Source of the DNA: Dendrobates tinctorius | Taxonomy: Eukaryota | Assembly: GCF_039654945.1 (NCBI RefSeq) | Contig: NW_027361827.1 | Coordinates: 28,458,001 to 28,522,000, forward strand | Reading direction: 5' to 3' | Length of the DNA stretch: 64,000 nt | Shown here: piece after piece, positions 21,000 through 32,886 of the stretch | How the letters are laid out: the number at the start of each line of letters is the position of its first letter | Numbering within the stretch: position 1 is the stretch's first letter | Program-made: the position numbers and the translations under genes | The notes under the pieces: generated by a model | Database searches by the model: none | Told to the model about the DNA's origin: nothing | Seen by the model: the letters and a program-made list of their open reading frames with translations, nothing else

Positions 21000-23900
21000 A
21001 TGAGGAAGGCTGGTGGAAGAGGCCGTGGAATTGGGCGGGGGTTGGCAGCTGGTAATGATGGTGTTGGTGGTGGATCTGATGGTAGTGGCAAGAGCAAAAT
21101 AGGACCGAATGCAGGAGGTGTTGAGCCTGCGTCATCGTCTGGCTCCATAAGGCTTCGAAGGCTTAGTATTCTAGGAGTTGGCAAACCGCTTTTAAAGCCA
21201 GAGCATCAGGAAAAAGTTTTGTCTTACATTGCTGACTCCAGCTCTATCGCCTCCTCTTCTTCAGTTGTCAAAAGTAAAAGCACTGAGTCGTCATTGGAGG
21301 CTCATGTTCATGAACCACACATTTCCTTGTGTCCTTCACCCCAACCAAGATTGAAGGATGACGCAGGCCATACTACTGATTACTCCATGGAGCTGTTTTC
21401 ACATACCATGCCTGGATTATCAAGTGAAATGGTGAATTACCCAGGTCAAGATGAATCTGACATGGAGTGCACTGATGCACAGCCGCTGATGGATGATTCT
21501 GCTGGTACATTCACTCAGAGCACTACATTGTCCTCGCAGTGTACAGAGCCAGATTCTGACCCTGATGAGACTCAGGTGCCCCTTCCCGCACACTATACCA
21601 CCATACACGGTGACACAGAGGAATGTGCACATGACATTGAAGAGGAGGTGATGATGACCCAGTTGTTGACCCAGATTGGCATCCATTGGGGGAAGAGGGT
21701 GCTGCTTCCAATAGCTCAGATGACGAGCATCCACAGCAGACATCGACATCGCAACAGCTGTTATCTGGCAGGTCCGGAGCACTCCAAAGACAGGTTCCAA
21801 AAATCAAAAGAGTTGCTGGACAGCTTGTCCAGAGGGTCAAAAGATCACAGCGTGCTAGACCGCAAAATGTCTGCCAATATAGGAAGAGTGCAGTGTGGCA
21901 CTTTTTTGAACAAAATCCTCATGATCAGGCCAAGGTTATCTGTAAGAAGTGCGCAAAGACCTTTAGCCTAGGGAAAAGTCTGAAAAATTTGAATACCAGT
22001 TGCATGCTTAGACATTTAACCACCATGCACTTGCAAGCGTGGACACAACACCAAACCTCAAGTGCCACATGTGCAACTGATCACAACGAAGGTAGTCAGC
22101 AACGCTGCATTGTTTCCCCCACTGTAAGCCCACCGGTTAGCACAGCAGCAAATGTTGAGGTGTCGTTGCAAGGCCACAGCAGTCAGGGAATCCCACTGTT
22201 ATATCAACGAAAGACTGATTCTAGGCCATCAGAAAGAACACCAACTCCATCACCATCATCAACCCTCTCTCAGTCCGCCCTGTCCACCGCTACTTCCACC
22301 ATATGCAGCTCTCAAGTCCAGCTCACCCTCCCAGACACTATGAGTAGGTCAAGAAAGTACTCAGTCTCTCATCCGCGTACACTGGCTTTGAACACCCACA
22401 TTGCCAAACTAATCTCGTTTGAGATGATGCCCTTTCGGTTGGTGGAAAGCGCAGCTTTCCGGGAACTCATGGCCTATGCAGTACCACGCTATGACCTACC
22501 CAGTCGCCACTTCTTCTCTCGCAAAGCCATCCCAGCCTCTCCCCCATCATGTGAAAGACCGCATTGTCCATGCACTCAAGCAGTCAGTGAGCGGAAAGGT
22601 GCACCTCACAACTGATGCATGGTCCAGTCGGCATGGCCAGGGCCGTTACGTGTCCATCAGTGTGCACTGGGTTAATGTGGTGGATGCAGGGTCCACAGGG
22701 GACAGCGGTGGTGGGACAGTGCTGCCTAGCCCACGGTATAGGAAACAGTTGGCTGTAGGCGTTCGACCCTCCTCCTCCTCCTCCTCCTCCAGAAGCGAAA
22801 GCTCGTCCACAGAGCGCAGTCGTACGAGCACTCCATCTGCAGCTGCCACTGTTGTACACGAGGTGTCCCCCTATCAAGTAGCTAGTGGAAAGCGTCAGCA
22901 GGCTGTGTTGCAGATGATGTGTTTGGGCGACAGACACACCGCCGAGGTGCTAGCCAAGTACTTGAAGCGACAAACTGAGTCATGGCTGGGCAGTGTACAT
23001 CTTGAGGCAGGCAAGGTAGTTAGTGATAACGGCCGTAATTTTGTGGCAGCCATAGCCCTTTCAAAACTCAGCCACATACCTTGCTTGGCTCACACCTTGA
23101 ACCTGGTGGTGCAGTGCTTCCTCAAAAATTATCCGGAATTAACAGCCCTGCTCCAGAAAGTGCGAAGACTGTGCGCGCACATCCGCCGGTCGCCTGTACA
23201 CTCCGTTCGTATGCAGAAGCTGCAGCGATTGCTCCACCTTCCCAACCACCGCCTCATAATCGACATTGCAACAAGGTGGAACTCCACCCTGCACGTGGTG
23301 GAGCGGCTGTGCGAGCAGAGGCAGGCCATAATGCATTTGTGGGAGGATACACGGCCAGGCACTTTGAGAGCAGACATGGAGTTGACAGGTGTGCAGTGGT
23401 CGAAGCTGAAAGACCTCTGTAAAGTCCTTCAGTGTTTTGAGGAATGCACACGGCTGGTAAGCGCAGACGACGCCATCCTAAGCATGAGCATCCCACTTAT
23501 GCGTCTGCTCATGCAAACTTTGACGCACCTTAAGGAGCAGGCTTCTGCAGCCAATGTTGATGAGGAGGAAGAGGAGGAGGGAATCCTTGATGACATTCAG
23601 CCATTGTCTGCTCAGGGACTTCTCCTGGACGAGGTGGAGGAAGAAGAGGAGGAGGAGGAGGAGGATGATGGGGATGATTACTTAGGGGAGGAGGATGCAT
23701 CTCGTGGGGCAAGTGAAAATGTTGGTGTGGCAATGTCTGGTACAGGGTTTGTGCGTGACTGGAGGGATGTGGATTTGCCAGAAAGTGCTCCTCCAACCAG
23801 CACTCGCAGTGCATCATTGACACCGGGAACATTGGCCCACATGTCAGATTATGCCTTGCAGATCCTAAAAAGGGACCCCCGCATTGCCAAAATGATGAAC

Positions 23901-24539
23901 GATGACGACTACTGGTTGGCCAGCATCCTGGATCCACGCTATAAAGGCAAATTACAAAACATCATGCCACAGGAGAACCTTGACCTAATATTAGCTAATA
24001 AACAAGCAACTCTGGTAAATCGGTTGCTTGAGGCATTCCCAGCACACAGCAGCGGTGATGGTTCTCACACGAGCCGTACGGGCCGGGGGCAGCTTGGCAG
24101 AGGTGTTCGTGGTGCACACAGCAGAAGTGGCGTTGGAGACAGGGGTTTCATGACAATGTTGTGGACTGATTTTTCAAGTACCGCTCACACAACTGGTAAT
24201 ACTGCATCGATGGAAAGTGACAGGAGACAGCAGTTGTCAACTATGGTTACAAACTACTTTTCCTCCCATATCGATGTTCTCCCACACAGGTCATTCCCCT
24301 TTGACTATTGGGCCGCTAAACTGGACACCTGGCCTGAATTGGCACAATATGCCTTACAGGAGCTCGCTTGCCCAGCTGCAAGTGTGCTATCGGAAAGAGT
24401 CTTCAGTGCAGCTGGATCAATCCTGACAGAAAAAAGGACCCGTCTGTCAACCCAAAATGTGGATGATCTAACCTTCATTAAAATGAACCATGCATGGGTT
24501 TCCAAGGATTTTGTCCCACCTTCCCCTGATGACACATAG
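21000..24539 (+). pseudogene. hAT transposase, ~1180 codons (BED zinc finger, DDE/RNase H-like core, hATC domain), with two single-base frameshifts
   Basis: Spans ORFs 20940-21971, 21686-22615 and 22476-24539. BED finger SAVWHFF...CKKC...MLRHLTTMH. Core motifs TTDAW, VSDNG, CLAH and TRWNS. C-terminal motif CPAASVLSERVFS. Frameshifts near 21652 and 22540, located by comparison with copy A. Confidence 0.95.
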
Positions 24540-24959
24540 GGTGACAGAAAAATGGCTTGCTTTGGTCCACCTCTTCCTGGGACTTGACCTATTTCGCCTT
24601 TTGCATCAGCTGAATGTCCAACATCAACATATGCCACTTTCAAAAACTCCCTAACTGTGCTGCCTCCCCCCCCCCATGGCCGGGGTCACCACCTAGTGCA
24701 TGACACCGTGCGAGTGCCATTGCCCTGGACAGGTGGGTAGGCCGACTCTTGGGCGCGGGCACTGGCACAGGGTCCCTCATAGTGCAATCAAGTGTCTCTG
24801 ACGGTGGTGGTGCACATCCGCCGTCAGACACACCGCCGTACTATGAGGGGCCCAGTGCCAGTACCGACGCCCACGAGTGGGCCCCCCTTGCTTGGGCAGG
24901 GCCCCAGCATTTGCAATCTTTACCTCTCCCTGCTCCTCCGCTGTGTAGTCTGGGTCGTC

Positions 24960-25494
24960 AAATCCATACTGTGCCTGACACCATTTGAGCCTGCCTCCTG
25001 ATGTATAGACATATATTTTGAATGTGTACGCTATCCATACATGTTATCTGGGGATACGGTACCCTTTCTAACCTTTGTGCAATCACGTGCAATCCATACT
25101 GGGCCTAACACCGTCTGAGTCTGCCTCCTGATGTATAGACATATATTTTGAATGTGTACGCTATCCATACATGTTATCTGGGGATACGGTACCCTTTCTA
25201 ACCTTTGTGCAATCACGTGCAATCCATACTGGGCCTAACACCGTCTGAGCCTGCCTCCTGATGTAAAGACATATATTTTGAATGTGTACGCTATCCATAC
25301 ATGTTATCTGGGGATATGGTACCCTTTCTAACCTTTGTGCAATCACGTGCAATCCATACTGGGCCTAACACCGTCTGAGCCTGCCTCCTGATGTATAGAC
25401 ATATATTTTGAATGTGTACGCTATCCATACATGTTATCTGGGGATACGGTACCCTTTCTCACCTTTGTGCAATCACGTGTAATCCATACTGGGC
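24960..25494. repeat. 130-bp tandem array (~4 units) downstream of the copy B transposase
   Basis: CTCCTGATGTA(T/A)AGACATATATTTTG at 24995, 25125, 25255 and 25385. Confidence 0.95.
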
Positions 25495-25599
25495 GTGAGA
25501 ACGGCTGGCGAGCTGTTAAGCAAGCTACAGCACCTGTGGTTTGCACACGTAAGTTTTTCATTTTTTCAGGAATGACGGTTAGGCCTAATTCCGGAACTG

Positions 25600-26110
25600 C
25601 GGTTGACCTGCACTTACTGGGAAATCATTGTTCGCGGGTAATAATTGTAATCAGTGATCCCCATCACTAACATTGTTCAGCGGGTTATCTGGACCTGTAA
25701 GCGACAAACGCTGGCTTTTTCAGTGTAGCGCACATGCAGCCACGGACATGTAAGAGCATGACAACCAGTTATTGGCCAATCTCATGTGCCAGAGCCTCAC
25801 GTGTCCCTCTAGTAAGCCGGACTCGGACCGCGGGGCATGACGGAGTCTCATTCGTTAACGGAATTAAGCTTGCAATGTGTGCATCTGTTCTGTAGCTGGC
25901 ATGGTTGAGGTTTCCCAGGTGGAGTCGAATTTAACCGTAGGCTCCACTCCTGGTGGTGCCCTTCTGGACATTCCTTTAAGGTTCAGCTTTGCAACCATAC
26001 TGCCCACGTAAAACAAACACTTTGCCTTCATGAACGCTGTTTGGAGGGTCATGACTCGTGGGAATAACGCCGCCCAATCAGTTAACCTGTTAGACAGATC
26101 GATGGTTGCT
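25600..26110 (-). pseudogene. Diverged 18S rRNA fragment (3' half, with an internal deletion) inside hAT copy B
   Basis: The minus strand carries SSU landmarks in the correct order: GCGGCGTTATTCCCA; AGTATGGTTGCAAAGCTGAAcCTTAAAGGAAT; GAAGGGCACCACCAGGAGTGGAGCCT; TTAATTCCGtTAACGAAtGAGACTC; TAGAGGGACA; GCGCTACACTGA; GTGATGGGGATC; TTCCCAGTAAGTGC. Confidence 0.9.
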
Positions 26111-26181
26111 CCCAAGCATGACATCACACTCTCTAGGAAGAAGGTAATGCCACTGTGGCGACCGTACTCCTGGGGGCGACA

Positions 26182-26470
26182 CAAGTGCACTGATGCCCAG
26201 CCACTGCTCGATGAATCTGCTGGTACATTGACCCAGACCGCTACATTCCCCTCGCACGCTACACGGCCTGAATCTGACCCTGATGAAACTCAGGTTACCC
26301 TTCCCATATACAGTTCCATCTTACACGGTGACAAAGAGGAAGCTGCAGATGAAAGTGCAGGTTCGGCCCACCCGCCATCAGACACACCACCGTACTATCA
26401 GGGGCCCTGTGCGAGTGCCGTCGCCAACGAGTGGGCCCCTCCTGCTTGCTCAGGATCACAGCACTTGCAA
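26182..26470 (+). repeat. Internal duplication of two separate parts of the hAT element, fused together
   Basis: 26182-26340 encodes CTDAQPLLDESAGT...ESDPDETQV (compare 21465-21620). It is joined to a copy of ~24810-24915 (AHPPSDTPPYY.GP). Confidence 0.85.
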
Positions 26471-26701
26471 GGTTGAAATACTGTGCAGTGAGATGGAAGA
26501 TGGGGACGACGAGGAGTCCAGACAAGTACAGGGATTCCCTAGCGAGGAGACTTATTTGATTGTTTTCAATGTTGGGACAGCAATTTTTGGGGAGCACTAT
26601 ACTCTGGAGAATGATAGATGGGGCCCACCATACACTGGAACATTCCAAAGGTGGACATCAGACACTGGAGCAGCATTTACAGGGCCCATTATACACTAGA
26701 G

Positions 26702-27029
26702 CAGGGGTCCCCAACCGCCGGTCCGCGGCCCAGCACCGGGCCGCTGCAGTGCCCTTGCCGGTCCGCGGACACAAGGGGAGCCAGGGGCAGTCAGTGGCGT
26801 AGCGGGGGCTGGGGCGGCGCGCAGCAATTCTTAGCGGCGGCCAGGGAGCGATCCAAGCAGCTCCGCTGCCTGCAAGAGGGAATAGCAGGAGTGGAGCTGC
26901 AAGGACCCGTCCAGCTTCCTGCCCGCTGCCCGCGCTTCCTGTCTCTGACTGACACAGAGAGGAGCGCGCCGCTGCTGTGTCAGAGCGAGGAAGCGCGGGC
27001 GGCGGGCAGGTGAGAGGAGAGAGGTGGTG

Positions 27030-27060
<31 letters not shown>

Positions 27061-27541
27061 GTTTGTGTAGCCTGGCCCTGGAGGAGATGGGGACATGAGG
27101 AGAAGGCCATGAGGGGAGTGATGGAGAGACGGCAGTGATGGGGTGAAGGCAATGATGGGGAGAGGGGAGTGATGGGGTGAAGGCAATGATGGAGAGACGG
27201 CAGTGATGGGGTGAAGGCAATGATGGGGAGATAGCAGTGATGGGGAGAAGGGAGTGATGGGGTGAAGGCAATGATGGGGAGAAGGGAGTGATGGGGTGAA
27301 GGCAATGATGGGGAGAAGGGGGTGATGGAGCACTCATTCAAAACCTATGGTGAGTTGAGTCACATTATAAATGTTATTTAATTATAAGTATGCACTGCTA
27401 CACTACAACCGTGTCCATAGCCCCGCCCCCTTATGACCAAAGCCCCGCCCCTGCCACACCTCCATCCCCGCCCTGCCGGGCCATGGAAGAATGGTCTTGC
27501 TTGAAACCGGTCCCTGGTGCAAAAAAGGTTGGGGACCACTG
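26702..27541. mobile_element. Non-autonomous hAT (Charlie-like termini) nested in copy B
   Basis: TIRs CAGGGGTCCCCAACC...GGTTGGGGACCACTG. Perfect 8-bp TSD CACTAGAG at 26694-26701 and 27542-27549. Contains (TCTG)n and purine-rich GATGGGG repeats. Confidence 0.92.
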
Positions 27542-28889
27542 CACTAGAGCATTAGAAATGGGGCCCATTATGTTTGGAGCATTATTTGGGCCCATAAGAC
27601 AGTGGAGCTTCATCCATGGGGACCAACATATACTGTAGCATTATGTGGAGCTCATCATATACTGTTTCAAACATTATATGGGACCAATGATTCTGTATGG
27701 AGAAATAGATGGGCGTCGTCATGAGATGTAAAAAGTGAAGTATTTTTCATTGTACTATACCGCTATTTCTCTGCCGTATCGGAGCATGATGAGTTGTGGT
27801 ATGTGTTAAAGGGGCGCTCTTTCGCCCAGGGCACATGAAAACCTGGAGCCAGCCCTCCCCCCCCACAACTGTAGCCAAATAACCCCCATTTTTCAGTGCG
27901 TAACTTGTATTATAAAGTTAAATAAGGTTGACAAGCTTAAGTAAGAAGAATTGATGCTTTTGGCATTCAAATGGGCACTGTTGGTGTGTTTCCTGTCCTC
28001 CTCTCACTGCCGACTTTTATTCCCCATTGACTTACATTGGGTTTCGTGTTTCGGGACGACCTCGACTTTTCCCTATAATCGGACGATCTTGCTCGACCCG
28101 ACTTTTGGAAAAGTCGGGTTTCACGAAACGAAACGCGACCCTAAAAAACCAAAAGTCGCTCAACTCTACCCACAAGGAAAAAATAAAAATTGTGGCAAAA
28201 AAAACCAGGAAGTGGTAAACAAAAAAAACATTTTATTTTGCTTTTTTTTGTTTTTTTTTGTTTGTTTTTCATTTTTGCTTTGCTTTGCCTGTGTACTAAG
28301 TCACCATACGGGTATGTTCACGTCTTTTAAACATGAGAGAACCTGTCAAGTTTTTTTTAAGTGGAATCCAATCATGCCAATTAATTTTGCAGATTTTCAT
28401 AGCAGATTTCACCATGTCTATTGCATAGCAGCTATGTAACTCTTTGCAGCATTAATGTTTCCATCAGCAATAAAATTATTTTATCCTCTAATAATGTCAG
28501 AAAAAAATAAGATTTAAACCCAAAAACCTGATTCTTTTTTACACTACAACTTGACTTTTACAAGATGACAACCTCAATGATCTTAGTTGTACTGGTATCC
28601 TCATGAAATGTTTTCATCACTCAGTAGATAAAGCTTGTTCATCTTCCTGAAGCCATGGTTTACATGAAGTGTACACTATCTTGTTAATCTTCTTCAATAG
28701 ATCACTTGAAATGACATAGAGACAGAGAAGCTCATTGGTATGTGTTAGTTAAACCAGATGAAATGCTCTCACATAATTCTGAAACAGATTGGCCAGTCAG
28801 AAATATGATTTTTTTGTGAGCTTAGCACAAAAACACTTTTTCTTTCACCTGGTTCTGCTGTAAAAAGAAAATGAAAAAAGATAAATATA

Positions 28890-30090
28890 ATTGTTTATTT
28901 TTAGAGCACCATTGATTCCATCCTTGGTGCTGCACATCTTGGTGCATGGAATTACAGAAGATGGGGGAAACTTCAGAGAAGTCTTGAAGGTGATTGAGTG
29001 AGGAGCATACGAGGGTGGAGGAGAGAAGGAGATCTTGTGAGGACCGGAGAATACATGTGGGAAGATATGGGGAGATTAGTTCGGAGATATATGGAGGAGG
29101 CAGATTATTGAGGAAGCAGATTATGGACCGTCTTGCAATTCAATGTTAGCAGTTTAAATTTTATCCATTGGGAAAATGGGAGTTGAGAAATTGGGAGCAA
29201 ATGAAGATCTTTGCAGAGCACAGAGGTGTAGGAGTAGCAAGGGCAAAGGTTGATTAGTTGGGCTGCAGAGTTAAGTATGAACTGGAGAGGTGCTAGAGTG
29301 TAAGCGGGGAGACCACAGTGGAGGAAATTGCAACAGTTCATGTGGTAGATGATGACAGCATACATTAATATTCCAGTAGATTGAGGGTTAAGGAAATGTA
29401 AAATTCTGGAAACATTTTTAAGTTGGAGGTTGCAGGAGGTGTTGAGAGCTTGGATATGGGTGGTTTGACAGACAGGGCAGTATCAAGGGTTACACCAATG
29501 CAGTGGACTTCCGATAAAGGGAAAGCATGATGTCATTTATAGTGATGGATCTGATAAGAGAGTTAAATAAATAGATGGTGGTCAGATAGGGGGAGAATTG
29601 AGGCTGTGAAGTTAGATAGGAAACAGAGATGAGTGAATATGATATCTAGTGTATGTCCATCTGTATGGGTGGATTTGAATGACCATAGTATGAAACAAGA
29701 TGAAACAAGTGAAAGGAGTTTGGAGATTGCTGACAAGTGGATGTTAATGGTAATGTTGAATTCACCCATGATGATGGTGGGAATGTCAGAAGAGAAAAAG
29801 TGAAGAAGGCAGGAGGCAAAGTGGCCAATAAATGTGGTGGCAGAGCCTGGAGGTCTATATATGATGGATAATTGGAGGTTTAAGAGAGAATGGATACAGA
29901 TAGAGTGCAATTCAAAAGAAGGGAGAGTAAAGGTGAGATTGGATTGAAGGTGAAGTTGTTGAACAGAAGAAGACCAACTCCATTAATATGTTAAGTGCCA
30001 GGGCGAGGAGTCTGGGTGAAGTGAAGGCCACCATAACACAGCAAGGCAGTGGAGGCTGTATCAAAGGGTGTTAGTCATGTCTCTCTGTCT
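28890..30090 (-). mobile_element. Old, internally deleted L2 LINE
   Basis: AP-endonuclease motifs IIYRPPG, IIMGEFN, THTDGHTLD and PLSDHH (29563-29910). ORF2 C-terminus LAPLQFILNSAAQLI (29105-29365). L2-type 3' tail near 28895-28935. Confidence 0.85.
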
Positions 30091-30276
30091 CTGAGGCCTA
30101 GACAGGCGGATAGATAGATGGATAAATAGATAGGTATATTATACTGTATATAGTTTAGATAGATTAGATTAGATTATATCAGATTGGATAGAGTAGATTG
30201 ATGGATCAACCAAGAATCACATGAGGCTTTCTATAAATGGACAGTACAACATGATTTAGGGAGATTGGCTTGTATC

Positions 30277-30759
30277 TGTAGGGAAGGTGACCTGACGGAC
30301 GGACGGACGTGTCAGTATAGAGAAAGATAGGTTTGCACACTTTAGACAGGTGTCAGTTAGTACAGTGGGGAAACAGCTAGGAAAGTGTAGTGGACGTGCA
30401 GTACCTTGGGTTGACCATTAGATGGCAGGGAGGAGTGTGAGCAAAGGACTTGACATCAGCTTAGGGCTTTAGAAACCGTTGGTCATGGGGGGCGGAGTTA
30501 CAGTGACAGGGGATCGGGAGTGCTATAAATACTGAGGGAGGGTTCCAGAAAGCTCCTGGCGAAAGTGCGGTGTTCTGTGGTGTATTGTAACCAGAGCACC
30601 TTGAGGAAAAATTGCGGAGTGCTGTGAGGCTGTCAGGCGGACAGCGAGTGAATAAAACTTGGACCTGTTGCACCCAGAATCTGTCTCCATCTTGTCTCTG
30701 TTTCGTCTCTGCGCGGTAAGAACAGGGACCACCCCCCCAGCACGGCCACCGACCCTTCA
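30277..30759 (+). mobile_element. Solo LTR (483 bp)
   Basis: Termini TGTAGGG...CCCTTCA with 4-bp TSD TATC (30273-30276 and 30760-30763). Contains a GC box GGGGCGGAG, TATAAATA near 30524 and AATAAA near 30651. Confidence 0.85.
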
Positions 30760-32199
30760 TATCCTTGATTTGTCTGATGAGATCATGAAGCACAGTATCA
30801 ATATTCATGTTTGAGACTGACAGATTTGTCACTATAAAGTGAAATTATAAAATACAATTCCTTAATGGTGATTTTGCATACACCTTTGTTTTTCTGCAAA
30901 AATGTTACATTTTGTGACATTGCTTTTTGTGGGTTTCTTTTTGCATAGAGACATTGAGTATAAGTCAATATGATATTGCTATACAAACAGTGCAGGGTGT
31001 TTTGTGACATTACTTACATTTTTTGTGAAATTATTTGGGTCCCTGGAAGAGTTCAGAAAAAGTTTTCAAAGGCCCTGGACCACTGGCCATAACGATTTTT
31101 TTTTGTGACCACCAGAAGTGTTCCCTGTGAACCTCCTCCTACTTGCTTGTATCCCTGATACCCCTTCTGAGTAATAAGCCCACCATGACACTATCATTGC
31201 GGTGTGACATACTGTATGCATCATGTGAAGCTCACAAGAGATACCTGCAATGCCAGCAGATAGGAAGAGGTTCACAGTGCTCTAGTCCGGTTCCACAGGC
31301 TTTCGACATGGCCACTTGTTCGTGCTATGGACAATCTTTTTGTTAAATTTTAATGACTAACCTTTTTTGTCGCTGCAGCAATCTCTGCATAGAATTTTCC
31401 TTAATAGGAGACAAAACATGCACATTTCCGCTCCATTCAAGGCAAGGATCTCCTGTGTTAATTCCTGGGTCCCAAAGCCCCGTTTTCAGCATAATAAGAG
31501 GTCCCAGTGAGGCCTCCAGCGATCATTAAATTATCCCGATCCTGTGGATCGGGAATAACTTACTATTTTGGTAATAACCGTTAATATGACCATGTATATG
31601 AGTGTGAGATTCGAAAGTTTACCAGTCAATTGTATCAATGTGCACATGTAATTTCAGCATTTTTCAGACCAAGGTTCTTTTTTGCTTATTTCTCCATGTA
31701 AAACAAAGTCTCAAAATTCTTTTTGTACTCATCTAAATAATGTTGCATTGATGTTAAGAACACCATGCCATTATTGAACTGTTTGTATAAATGATGGATT
31801 ATGATGAGATTATGAAAAAAGTATAAATGTAAAACGGACAAAAGGGCAGCAATTAATTTTCCAGGCTACCATCTTTATGAATAATTAAATTTCAGAAAAA
31901 TATTTCTTTGTAGTGATCAATCTATGCTAATTTAATTTTGAAATACTAGTTAAGAATAGAAACAGAGGATTACAAATGACCTCAGTACCAATAGGAAGGT
32001 TTTCCAATTACCATAATTCCAAATGCATTTCCATCAGTTAGAAGCATACAGATGAGAATATGTACAGTATATAAGGGATATGATGTACAATCATTAATTC
32101 TGAAAAGATAATAGTTATTGAAACAATAACAAGGCAAACATTTTATCAATTTAATGCCATATAAATGCAAATCAAGGAAAAATATATTAGACTCCCAAG

Positions 32200-32377
32200 C
32201 AGTGTCAGACTGAAGAACACTGGGCCCACCAGAGGATTTGATTTTGAGGACCCACCTTTCTCCCCCACTAAAAAGCCCAATAGTAGCTGCAAGATTTGCA
32301 CTATGAACTCTCCTGAAAGAGAAGACAGGGCCCACCGGAGGATTCTCAGGTTCTCTGGTGGGCCAGTCCAACCCTGC
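32200..32377. mobile_element. Small MITE, possibly Harbinger-like
   Basis: Imperfect TIRs CAGTGTCAGACTG...CAGTCCAACCCTG. Repeated GGGCCCACC motifs in both orientations. Confidence 0.5.
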
Positions 32378-32886
32378 TCCCAAGCAGATAATAGTAAAGT
32401 GAACCCTCTATAGGAAAGGTTCTGCCGTCCATAGCAATTCTATACACACAATCAAACGTGATCAGCAAATAATTTTTTATAAAGCATAGTTTCTCAGCAG
32501 AAGGTAATGTTTGCATTGGAAAAAAAATCAGTCTTCCAATTTTTTTATTTAGTGTGCAAAGCAGTATACGAGTTCTAGGTTCTCACTATATTTTGCAATA
32601 TTTCATTAATATAGTATAGCACATTGAATAGTGTTTTTTAATAATAATATTAAAGGAGTTGTCCACTAATAGAATAGAACAACTCCTTCCTGATCAAAAT
32701 GTTTGGACCCCATAAAATAAAAAATCACCACCCATGCTGGTGCCATTCCTGTGGTGTCAGCACTCGCTCTCTCATGGCTCCCATGCGGTTGTTGTGACAC
32801 ATGACACCGGCACCCAATCAGAGCTGGCATCTCTGTCTTTGCCTTGAAGAGGAAGTCCAGGCTACAGCTGATCCTCTTCATGCTCA

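Larger units (their letters stand above)
18431..28168 (+). mobile_element. Complete hAT DNA transposon, copy B (9738 bp)
   Basis: TIRs TAGAGTTGAGCGA...TCGCTCAACTCTA. Perfect 8-bp TSD CCCACAAG at 18423-18430 and 28169-28176. AAAGTCG/CGACTTT motifs occur at both ends. Contains an internal transposase. Confidence 0.97.

Noticed and set aside
21000-24539. Domesticated ZBED-family host gene
   Set aside because: It is flanked by TIRs and a TSD, frameshifted, and multicopy within the window.
25600-26110. Functional 18S rRNA gene
   Set aside because: It is partial, internally deleted, altered at normally invariant positions, and embedded in a transposon.
28618-28705. Possible minus-strand terminal exon (DLLKKINKIVYTSCKPWLQEDEQALSTE*) after a pyrimidine tract
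   Set aside because: No recognisable homology or supporting exons; it cannot be told apart from chance.
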